In this document: positions 24,188 through 35,440 of the stretch, piece after piece
Numbering within the stretch: position 1 is the first letter of the stretch
How the letters are laid out: every line of letters begins with the position of its first letter
From: Raja brachyura
Lineage: Eukaryota
Direction: 5' to 3'
Assembly: GCA_963514005.1 (NCBI GenBank)
Contig: OY740812.1
Coordinates: 2,046,001-2,110,000, forward strand
Length of the DNA: 64,000 nt
Program-made: the position numbers and the translations under genes
Notes under the pieces: model-generated
The model's database searches: none
Told to the model about the DNA's origin: nothing
What the model saw: only the letters and a program-made list of their open reading frames with translations

Positions 24188-25268
24188 ATCGGCCTTCAAA
24201 AAAAAAGAGGGGAGGGGGAGAAAGTTGGAATTATTCAAGTTGTCTTTAAAGTGTTAAAAAGATTTGGTCAAACCAAACACAACAGCTGGCTACAAAACCT
24301 AGGCATACTATCTCACAGAAGCACAGCAGAGCACAAGTAGGTGTTGCGCTATATATACTGTATTGTTTAATCTGAATAATGTTACATTACAAGGGAGCTG
24401 GCCTAATGGTGGGTATGTGTTTTTTTTTTAATGCACAGGTTGAAAGATGTGGAACGCTCGGGTTAAAGTAGTTTACACACTGCTGGAATAGGTGGAAATT
24501 GTTACAGGAATGCAAGGAGGTTGTATGGGGGAAGGGTTATAACCTAAATAATCCATTCTAAATGGATTGAAGTGATCTTTTGGTGAAGGCTGCTGTGTGT
24601 AAAGGCTACGAGACGTATGTATGATTTTTGGAACAGTAATGTTCCCCATGGGATCTTTGATTAAAGGGCTTATAACAAATATTGCTTAATCACCGTTTTT
24701 ATGTCCCAATTTTGTAATTCGTTGGGATCTACTAAAAAGTCATAAAATCATGAGTTAAATTTGGAGATTGCGTGTCATAAATCATAACTATATTGTCATT
24801 TATGTTCATGCAGTGAAAATATGTAGCCAATTCATTGAAAGATAAAGCATAAAAAATAAGATGCCAATCCAATTGAATATTTGTTTCCATAATTTGAAAA
24901 TTCAACCTGATTACATCATTAAAACAAAGATAATGTCCATTTAAGAGGCATATTTCTGTTGTGAAGAAACGATTGCCTCGAGAATGCATTCTATCTGATC
25001 AATTTATCAATAAGGCGATACATCAACATTGTGAGTGAAATATATGGCGTGCCTTTGAATTGAAAAGCTTTTTTGAGTTTAAAAAAAAACGTTGCAGTAT
25101 CCATCTTACGAAGCCTTAGACTTGTTATAAAGTTTATGGGTACCTGTAACAGATGCAGTGTTGACAGCACTGTGGGTGAAATCAATCATGTAGTTTCTCA
25201 GTGGGTGCAATATATTTATTTCCAGTTCTCAGGCTGAAGTTTCCTGCCCACTGAAGGTAAATACTAGT

Positions 25269-25301
<33 letters not shown>

Positions 25302-27619
25302 CTTTAGAGGGGATTGTTCTGTGCATCATTAATATTTCCTCGTTCCAAGTTTTGAAATGTATTTTACTTAAGTCAGCAAACCCGTTAACTAATAGAGGAA
25401 GGATACAGTACCTTGACAAAGTGAATGGTGATTATTCATACTTTGTGGGAATTGAAGACATCTTACACAATGTCCTTCACAGTCGAGTTTCGTTCGCTGT
25501 CAGGTTGTGCACTATTACCTCAGCATTTAAGCACATTTAATATGTTTGACATAATAAGATGGTTTTCCCTTTACATTCTTCGTTATCACATATATACACA
25601 CAGTTTAGTGGTGATTAGCTAGAAGCCCGGGGCCTACAATTATACTAATTTACTCAGTTAACAGAAAAAGATTAATTGTACAGTATGTGATGTGTCACTG
25701 TTGCACCTAGACATTGAAGATGTTCGTCGCTCGCCATCTGTTAGGTTCATGGAGAGCTTATATTTTCCACATAATGATACCTTATCACTGTCACCGAATT
25801 CAAGAAACATTATTTTTGCCTTCACTCATTCAGTTGGTGGATCCATATGTCAAAGGCAGATCTGGCAGAGAGCAATTTAAATGTTTGACGTCAGCCCCAT
25901 TTCGCTACTGCTTATTGCACACTGGGGGGGGGGGGGGGGGGGGGAGAGATAGATGGGTAAGTGCCCCGAGAAAAGGGAACCAAAGGAAATGGGTAGAGGG
26001 GGAAAGAGGAGTTGACAGGGGGTTGACAAGTACAAGGAGAGACACGGGTGAAAAACTCTAGGCTAGGCGAGAGATAAGGGATGTGAGTGTACACAAAGGA
26101 AGGTGCACACACCACGAGAAACAGAGAGACAAAAGACGGGGGGGGGGGGGGGGAGAAGAAAACCATTAGCGATGCAGGTGACTTGGGAAGAGACACTGGG
26201 GTGTTATCGGGAACACACAACTACAACAGAGATAGATTGCAAGTGAAGAGACCAGCAGTCATTGTAAGAGAAAACTATCGAACCCTAATAATTAATGGTA
26301 AGGCAAAAACAAAAGTCTTCGGCTTGCGATTGAACGCACAAGTAGTTTACAAAAGTTCCACGAGTATATAGTATCCCAACAATAGCCACACTCTGGAGTC
26401 TGACCGCTCCACTAATTTAACATGTGCTGATACAGGCTTATAAGAGAGCGCCATGAATGTCCTTCATCTATCAGCTGCTTGCCGCGCGGTGTCAAATCTT
26501 TACAGTTTTGGCTAAATAAAATGTCTTCGGTTGCGAAAACTTTTGTGCGAGTGAAACTATTCAGTCATCTAGGAAGCGACCTTGCGGCTGGCTCTCTCAG
26601 TCATTCAGCAGCACCGACCTGCATCCTGCAATGTCCCTACCCTGTAGCATTGAACTACAATGAAAGTCATTTAATTAATCTTTTGAAAATAACTGTACTG
26701 ACACGAATTACTTAATAAACCAGCAATTTCCATATTAAGTTCCACGTAAGTGAACAGAGCGAGTTTGACAGAAATGAATAGAATTTTCAAATTGTACTGG
26801 ATTATTTCATTGATTAGTCTGGTTGGGGGTGGGCATAACGCCATTGACACCATCTTTCGCAATATTAGTGTCAGGCATTTCGTTAAACTGAACCGAAGCA
26901 GGTTCACTTTACACTATTCTGTATGCTTGGCAATATGAAACCAAGCACCCACGATGCATTGAAACGAATTCAACCTTGTTGTAATTGGTTACAACGGCGA
27001 GTATATATCCCGGAGTACATTCTGTCTCCCTTTAACTACGAAAGAAATGGCGTTCAGTGGATTCCGGGTTAATTCAGGAAGGCTACAGTGCCGATCTTGA
27101 ATGTTCACGGAATATTATAAATATTATAACTCGTTGCACGCGCAAGTTTCCGTATTTCCCCATCCCAAGCAAGTTATACATTTGTGTCGCATTTAGAATC
27201 ACCATTGTTGATCTTTGTGAGTGCTTGTGACTGACAGCATCTTTGAAGTCGATCTCTTTTTTTAACGTCAAAGCCCTTGAACAATGTGATTGCACAAATC
27301 TGTAATTCTTTTTATCTGACTGTCCATCAGTACTAGTGTTAGATTATTCAGTTCACCGAGACACGCCATAGCTGTTTCTCTGTTCATTTCTTGTGTAGAA
27401 TATGTACACATAACAAAGCGTAAGTATTTTTCCTATTCTTGAAAATACCGTTTTTCAGAATAGTTTGGCCTGCGTGTGTTGCATTTGCGAAGCCCCCACC
27501 CCCAATACATAACACCCTCCCTTAAGTGATGATCTATTTTTGTTGCGTGAACAAAAAACACGTTCTACGCATTCTACAAAGTTAAGAGTAGTTTCTTCCT
27601 TTCTGCCACAGCATCGAGT

Positions 27620-27780
27620 TGTACTGATTCCCCAAAGTCGACTTCAGGGGGCACTCATGTCTGAGGTACCAAATGTGGTCCCATCTGTTCCATTCAACGA
27701 ACGATAAGGTGCCACTGATCTAATCGCAGTGCAGAGTTGAGCATTGTATCGTCGCCCCCTTAAACAAATCTCCCTCTGTT
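27620..27780 (+). mobile_element. Highly decayed Deu-SINE relic between HoxB1 and HoxB2
   Basis: ttcagggggcactcatgtctgaggtacc-aaatgtggtcccatctgttccattcaacgaacgataaggtgccac resembles the Deu domain start (CTGAGGGAGTGCTGCACTGTCGGAGGTGCC...AAACCGAGGCCCCGTCTG). Confidence 0.4.
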
Positions 27781-28096
27781 CCTTCTTGTCTTCTCAAGGC
27801 CTGCAATCAAAATCGGATATAAAATCCTAATGGATTGCCCTGTTTGGAAAAAAAAACACAAGACAACACAGTACAACCATTCGATAAATGAGAACTATTT
27901 TCAAATGGTGAAGATGCGAGATATTGAGTCAAAATCCAGGACAAGGCAGGACAATAGTGAAAATAGAACATCGAGTGATCAGGGGAGGCATCAAACTTGG
28001 GCTCTCAAAGCTAGTGGGCCGTGAGTAAGGAAAGATCTGGAAAGATCTCGAAAGGTTTGAGATTCGGATGAAAAATGGGTTAAAGAGTATAGAATA

Positions 28097-28188
28097 GGCA
28101 CAAAATGCTGGAGTAACTCAGCGGGACAAGCAGCATCTCTAGAGATAAGGAATGGGTGACGTGAAGGGTCGGGACCCTTCTTCAGTCT
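28097..28188 (-). mobile_element. Short dispersed repeat copy inside the cluster
   Basis: ggcacaaaatgctggagtaactcagcgggacaagcagcatctctagaga...gggtcgggacccttcttcagtc. A further fragment lies at ~29396-29432. Confidence 0.85.
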
Positions 28189-31100
28189 GTTTGGTAATGG
28201 TGAGGCAGGAACAGCCAAGCCCCGTTCAACTTGGTGTCTTGTCGAAAATCTGCTGTAATATATTATTTTCATGCAAAACTGTCATGCACTTCAGTTGCCA
28301 TAGAGACGTGCCTGCTAGCGGTAGGTGTCCACGTTATTGGGTCTGATGGGACAACATATGTGCACCAGTGTAGTAGTGGAGGCTGGTATTTCCTTCTCTC
28401 TCTCTCTAATGGGAAGTGAAGCGATGTGAAGGGGAAAAAAATGGGACATCTCATAAACGAGAAACCATGTGGTGTGTTGCAGGCTGAAGTGCCGCAGTCA
28501 CCATCAGTGGACCATTCAATATGAATAAGCAATAGGACTCCTTCGATCTCCGACATGATTTGTAGAGTTATGTGTAAACACTAGGCAGGCTTCTTAAAAC
28601 ACTGTTCACTTCATCCCAAGGCTTTCAAAAGTCTAATTTAGAATCTGGTAATACACAAATGCGGCACCTGGAAGTTGTCACCATGACTTATACACTCGCT
28701 TTATTATTGGCATTTCGTGTTTAATTGTTATTTTTTTATTGCATTGGTTGTGTTTTAAAAATAATTAGTTTTATTTGAACTGTATATTTATTGACTGCCT
28801 GGTTTCCAAGCCATTCACAGGACATGGCGAAATATGTCTGAACGATTGATTTTAAATTTATAAAATTGATCAGAAATTGACAAGGAGGAGGATGGGGGGG
28901 GGGGGGGGGGGGGGAAGGGATACGCTTTATGTATTTAAGGAAGGGTGGATGGAGTGGTTAGTTCCCATTTATTAAGCCTGTTCTGTGGGCGTAGAATTGA
29001 TTTGTAATTGTCACTGGCGTGTTCCCTGGACGTGAAGCAAGTTTTACTGGTCATTATGCTATGTAAAGAGGCGCTCGTTAGAGATTTGTATTGATAACAC
29101 GTCAAGGTTTGCACACGTAAGTTGAAGGAGTCTCTACTCAATTAAACTGTCATGCATTTATATTGGAATAAAGGAGAACACATAACTAACTCTGCGGCGA
29201 GATTAAATCCTGGAATTTGATGGAGTTCGCCGCTCGGATTCGAGAATAAAAACCTCTAAACAAGACAGTCGATTTCCTCAGTTATTTTTAGAATCATTGC
29301 ATGGATGTAAAAGACAGCCTGGCCTGATTTCCGGGCCCCTGTCTACAGTTGTCCTTGTTGTATCTAAATCTTTATATTAGACAGGTAGATAGCAAAGATT
29401 GACACAAAATGCTGGAGGAACTCTAGCGGGAGAGTGGGAAATCTTTACATTTTTCGCCATGTTGTGTGTGTATCTGTGTTGCATGTTCCACCCGGTTTAT
29501 TCTGCCTCAAATGTATTCGCTTTCCCTTTTAAATCATAGGCAGTTTATAACCATTTTTCTTATTCTGTTCTGTTTCTCTGTATCTCCTCGTTTCGTGAGC
29601 TCGTGTCTCTTCCATTGGAACTTTTGTTTTTGTTCAGTTGGCGGGGAAGCAGCGTTGAACGACCAACAATCTCTCCATGGTCTGATTTGTGTTTCAGAAA
29701 CTCAAACAGGACAACAGCACATCAACTGTGGGCTGCAGAAGGAGCATTGGGTACAAGGTAGAACATATTCAAATCAGAACAGTGTCTGAATTATTAAAGC
29801 CGTAGCAGTGATCGATAAGCAAAGTGTATTAAGAAAATGCCGAGCAAAGGGGGGCAGCAATGAAAAGTTAAAGTGATTTAAATAAGGACTTGATTGTTTA
29901 AAATATTCCATGTATCTTAAAAAAATAACTGTTATACTTTCCGAGCTTTTTCTAAATATCTGGAATAATATCAAAATACTTTCGTGGGGGGTGAAAATAT
30001 TTGAGAAAAAACGGTAAATGATGAGTGTCTTGTATCCTATGCAAACACGGCGCCATTTTGCAGCAGGATAATATGGGCTAACAGATTCTGCTATCAGCAG
30101 TCTTGTCCACTGAGCATTTCCGAATTCGCCACCAAAATTCTACCTTGCTTGGGAAACACCCGTGACTAGGCATATGCGTAATATGATTTATTTTTCGTGT
30201 CACTGCGATTGATTTCTCGAAATGACCTCCTTCATTCATAAAGCGGCGTGATGTATGAGTTTAAGTAAAAAAAAAAAATTACATCTTGTAAATAAGGCTC
30301 CCCTGGCGGGGAGCGAGGGCAGGTGGGAGCCCCAGAAAGTGGAGCACGATTGTGAATTTCAAAAAAAATGGAGCCGATGATCGATGTTGGTACGCGAGGC
30401 CCTGGTCCTCAGACTCCAGTCTCGCTTCTCTGTTTGCTAAATTCTTTCATCGTTTTCTGAAGTGTAAACTCCTATCTCCTCGTTGGCTTGTTCCCTTTAT
30501 ACCCTTACTATTTTTCCCACGAGCTAGAGAGAGAGAGAGAGTGTGTGTGTGTGAGAGAGAGAAATAGAAAGGGGGGGGGGGGGGGGAGAGAAAGANNNNN
30601 NNNNNNNNNNNNNNNNNNNNNNNNNNNNNNNNNNNNNNNNNNNNNNNNNNNNNNNNNNNNNNNNNNNNNNNNNNNNNNNNNNNNNNNNNNNNNNNNNNNN
30701 NNNNNNNNNNNNNNNNNNNNNNNNNNNNNNNNNNNNNNNNNNNNNNNNNNNNNNNNNNNNNNNNNNNNNNNNNNNNNNNNNNNNNNNNNNNNNNNNNNNN
30801 NNNNNNNNNNNNNNNNNNNNNNNNNNCATTCCCTACAACCCTGGCCCAATCATAGCGACAAATTAAACCAAGAGCAGGGATTAGTTTCCAACTTGCCCCT
30901 GCAGAATCCGATATCTATTCTCTCCGCAGAGTCTCCTTTACATTCTTTCATTCGGCATGAAGAGGTCAGTTTTCGTGGATGTTAAATGAATCTGCTAGCC
31001 CCCTCCCCCCCTCCCCCCCTCCCCCCCCCCCCCCCCCCAACGCCCCACACTTGGGAATCATCTGTTTCGTATTTAGAAAAAACTTTTTGAACTTTCTCCG

Positions 31101-32225
31101 TTTTAAAGTTCTGCTTTACCCAACTTACCCAAAATGTGGTTTGCATGTTTAACTAGTAATCCACAGTATAGTAGAACAGTTTCCAGTCGTTGGCCATTCT
31201 GTCCACCGAATACTGATGCTCATTGCTCCTTGTATTGGGAAATCTATTTTAACCCAGTTGGTTCCATTGTAGAACATTTTTCCTTGAATATTTGATTTAT
31301 CGAATCACCTAGCAACAGTTTAGAAAATTATATTTCATGTCTTTGGACACAAGGAGTTGGATACATTAATTTTACACCTGCGGTGTGACTTGATAAAAGA
31401 ATCCTGGCGGATCTGGGTTCAGGAATGGGGGAGGGGCCATCTTCAGGATTACAACGAACCCAACAACTTATCAACAAAAAAACAGGGCTAAGAGGGCCAG
31501 AGCAGATTACAAGTTTTGGTTAATAGCCCCGCGAGTTCCCTAATGTGATGTTTTAGTAGCTCAAACCAGTTACTTAATCATATAATTTCCACGTTGAATT
31601 AGTTATAGTCCATCATGACCAATTCTAGTGGAGATTTATTTTCCTTTGTAAGCTAAAAAATATCGAGTCGCGTTATTTTTTATTAAGTTACGGCAAATAT
31701 TTTCAGTAACACCTATTGCTGATGCAAATCACAATGCTAACCAGACGCACACAATCTTGAAACACAGACAGGAAAGTTTCATTAAATAATTAAGTTGTTT
31801 TATTTAAACTATGAAAATAATGTACAATAAATAATTTAAAATTCACTATTTCAATATTTTCAATAAATAGGCTACCTCTAAAACTTAACGTAACTCGTCA
31901 CAGTTATCCTTTAGGAAGCTATGAGATAAAGCAGCTATAAATACAAATCCAACATGTTTTCCTGAGTAGTGAAGAGCAGAATCTACAATTTTGACATAAT
32001 TTACGAAACTGCAACTGAATACAACTGTATTTAATTAAATACCTGTGCAATAAAGACTGTAATTCTTGCAGGCTCCAAGTCAAAGCTGAAGAATCAATTA
32101 TTTACTGTGAGATCAATCCTACATCACACAGACTTTTATTATTCCACATTATTGTTATTTAAACACTGAACATATGTTTTAAACATGGCTGAATTTTTTA
32201 CACTGGCTCTTAGACTCGCCAATGG

Positions 32226-32941
32226 TTATTGATAAGTGAGGTGCTGTAAGTCTATCGTGCACAGAGCGCTGGTGAAAAAATCGAAACTGTCCTCGGGGAT
32301 ATCCACAGGACTGTCGATAGACCCTTGCAAGCTGGGCGATAAGCCATCCGAGAATGGCAGGTAGGAATCCGAGGAGAACATGTTCAAGTCTGGGAGGGAG
32401 ACCAATTCTAGGGCGTCCACACTGACGGTATCAAGACTGACCACACAATTCTGGCCTGCTGTAAACCCACTATCGGCTGCTCCCGTTAGATTGAACGGAC
32501 TCCGAGCTTTGCCGTCGCTGCCGTACGCTGTCAGTTCTTGCAAGTTTTGGAGTTCTTTGCTCAGCGTGTTTTGACTTTGCTTTCGTGCCAGGTCGGCGCA
32601 GTTTTTATTTTCTAAGTTGGTTCCCGACCCTTCGACGGGTTGGTTATAAGGCGATGCCTCCTCGGCTTCGCTCTCTGGCAGCGAGCTGTTGGGAAAACTG
32701 ACCCCGGCGTCCTGATTTTCTTTATACTGTGCTTGCCTCTTGTGTTTCATGCGGCGGTTCTGGAACCAGACTTTGACCTGCCTCTCGGTTAGGTCGAGCA
32801 AGGCAGCGATCTCCACTCGCCGTGGCCTGCACAGATACTTGTTAAAGTGAAACTCTTTCTCCAGCTCCAGAAGTTGCATGTTTGTGTAGGCAGTCCTTAA
32901 TCTCCGCGCACTACTACTGATGTCTTGCTCGCCCGGACCGT
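32226..32941 (-). CDS. HOXB2: HoxB2 exon 2 (homeodomain)
   Basis: Acceptor TTGTTAG|AC. Encodes [59 protein letters not shown] and the C-terminal [15 protein letters not shown]. The spliced protein is 359 aa. Confidence 0.95.
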
Positions 32942-33541
32942 CTAACAAGAGAAGTGGAAAAGAAAGAAACAGAGAGAAAAGAGGATGAGGAGGAGTGAAA
33001 TACTTTAAACATTCACCGTCAGAACAATTGAGTAGCGCCTCTTCCTTTAAAAAAAATCCATTGAAATTAGTCATGTCCAAGATTTATCTCTTACAATCGC
33101 TCAATGAGATTCTTTACCCTTCGAAATAAATATCCTCACATTGACAATTTTACACTGCGAATCACAACCCCCCTTACTCACGAGTTCATGCAGCTTCGCT
33201 TGACTTTGAACAACATGGCTGCCGAGAATGCAAATGCTCTCTCAGCATCTAGTAACATAGCCCTGTATCTTCACAAGATAATGCGACAAACCGCACAATA
33301 AAAAACATTCAATTAAGTGTTGGGATCAGCCGGCATTTGGAGGCCAAGCTTACGAGGCATCGGATAATTTTCAATGCATTTTATAAGTCAATAATATTGC
33401 GATTACACCGCTCAAAAAATGCTTCAGGTACGTTGTACCTTTTCCAAATCGGTATGCTAAAATATGACAATTACAAATCGGAATTGTTGATTTAAAACAC
33501 GCGTTTGAAAGATGCAGAGGGAGCGCGGGCAGCGGGCAGAC

Positions 33542-33905
33542 CTGTCGGAGACTCCGCCGCTGGAGAGGTCCCGTGAATTGTTGCTGACAATGACACAGAC
33601 GCCTCGTTGTTTTTCCGCGACGACTTTTTCTCTTTCATCCACGGGAACTCAGCCGCGGCAGCAGATGGGAATGGGCCATTTGGAGGCCGCTTTTCGCGAC
33701 TTGGCCGCGGCTGGTTGCTGTTGGGATTCAAGCTTGGGATGGTCTGCTCAAAAGGAGGAGGAATTAGTGTCGAGTTTGAAAGCGCCGAGTTCTTGATTGA
33801 TGAACTTTGAAATGTATCAGCGACAGCGGGGTAGGACGTCAGGCATTCGGCGAGCGAAGGCTGACTGTTGATGAAGCCAATCTCTCGCCCCAATTCGAAA
33901 TTCAT
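33542..33905 (-). CDS. HOXB2: HoxB2 exon 1
   Basis: [24 protein letters not shown]...[10 protein letters not shown]. The donor ACAG|GTCTGC is phase 1 and weak, but frame-consistent. Confidence 0.92.
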
Positions 33906-35011
33906 GGCCTTCTTTTAATACCGAATAAAGAAAGTTATGAGTATTGTAGGTCGACCAAAATAATATTTTTGGTTTTAATTCTGTATCACTGATATTACAA
34001 GGCGTATGGGGACCGACTCTATTAAGCTGAGGTCTAGATTGAAATTGGACCAAATTCGTTGTCACATGATTGGCGTTACCCAATGGCAATTTGGTGTCTA
34101 ATGAAAAGAAACCATTATCTTTGCAATTGATTTTAAAAAGTGAAGGAAAAAAATCCTCTTCATTTTTTCCCCCCAAGTCAAAGATTTAAATTTACGATTA
34201 CATTTTGTTCGTCTTAATTGTGCATTTTCGTTTTATTATAAAGATTGGTCGTTGGGGGATTTTTTTTTTAACCCCACTCCCAATTACATCTCAGTATTTT
34301 GCAATTCAAGTGAAGAAGATTTGCACTTAAAAATCTGGCGACTTGAGTAATTAACAAGGTGCCTCATTAATCTTCAAAGTTTTGACAACAGGGCTAGTGA
34401 CAATATTCGAACTTTCACGGGATCAGCCAGGCAGTTGCTACGGGCCTGTAGGAACATTCCAATCCCTTTAAATATCTGTACCATTGGACACAAGACACAA
34501 AGTGCCCCTTTTCCAATTGTCGGACGGATTTATCAGCCATACGCTAGCTTTTTTTTTCAAAGTGCAGAAGAGGTTTCTGAAACCAGGTAGGTATCGGTTT
34601 TTAATCTGAGCAAAGTTGCCAATAGATATAAACTGTTGAGTAACTATTTTTTAACCAATTTCATCTTATCATTTAGTCCAAATTTGTGCAGCCTTTCTCT
34701 TTTTCATTAATTTAGCCATTTTCCCATTCATCTATCCATCACCCATCTACCAAAGTTTACTGAGAGGTTTTCCTTTTTGAGGGGTTGTGTTGACATAGTT
34801 TTTTTTTTAAATAAAGGCTAAAGGCAAGTTTGAAACTAGAAGACTTTATTGAAACACATTTTCATTGCTTTGGTTTATCGAGCACTTCTGAATATGCGAG
34901 ATAGAGACATTAAAAAACCTATTTCAGTGTGACCGGCATTAGTCTTACAATAGTTGCCCTTCTTTTTTTAAAAGAAAAAAAAAGATAAACTGGTGGAACT
35001 GAAGGCAGCCA

Positions 35012-35047
35012 CGATCAATCTTTCCCCACAGAACATCTTGACAGCTC
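35012..35047 (-). promoter_or_regulatory. Hoxb2 r4 enhancer: Pbx/Hox site plus Prep/Meis site
   Basis: AGATTGATCG (35012-35021) and GAGCTGTCA (35039-35047) are both identical to the recalled mouse Hoxb2 r4 sites. They lie ~1.1 kb upstream of the ATG. Confidence 0.8.
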
Positions 35048-35359
35048 AGGCTCGGGAGCACACTGAAGAATTTGCCTTCCCATATCAAATGCCAGGAAGT
35101 AGCGCTGGCCTTCCTTTCTAACCATCTCTTTTTTTTAAAAGAGAAAAGAGGTGATAAAAAAAATCATTTATTTTTAAACTCAAAGTCGCCAGCACTAACT
35201 ATATAGATACCAAACCGGTGACTTTTTTGGATAAATGAGTAACAAAAATCCCCATCGAAAACATATAGATACATTAGAGCATTATTTTTTTTATTATTTC
35301 CTAGAAGGGAGAATGCAATATAAGCCACCGCCTTGTGCCGGGTTCAGTGCCTCCTGGTG

Positions 35360-35440
35360 AAAACTGTGTGGGACGTGAAATGAATTCGTGAAATTGGGGC
35401 TGGAAAACCTTTGTTTGTCAGTCCATGCGTGTGGGATGCA
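35360..35440 (+). promoter_or_regulatory. Candidate Hoxb2 r3/r5 Krox20 (Egr2) enhancer with Box1-like motif
   Basis: GTGTGGGAC (35366-35374), CTTTGT (35409-35414) and GCGTGTGGGAT (35427-35437), next to the r4 element as in other vertebrates. Confidence 0.55.

Noticed and set aside
30040-30312. YY1 motif and CTCF-like sequence suggesting a HOTAIRM1-like lncRNA promoter between B1 and B2
   Set aside because: The CTCF match is poor and there is no transcript evidence from sequence alone.
32942-33080. N-terminal extensions of the exon-2 ORFs in the ORF track (also 39556-39730, 22556-22622)
   Set aside because: Intronic read-through of polypyrimidine tracts. The true acceptors are identified downstream.
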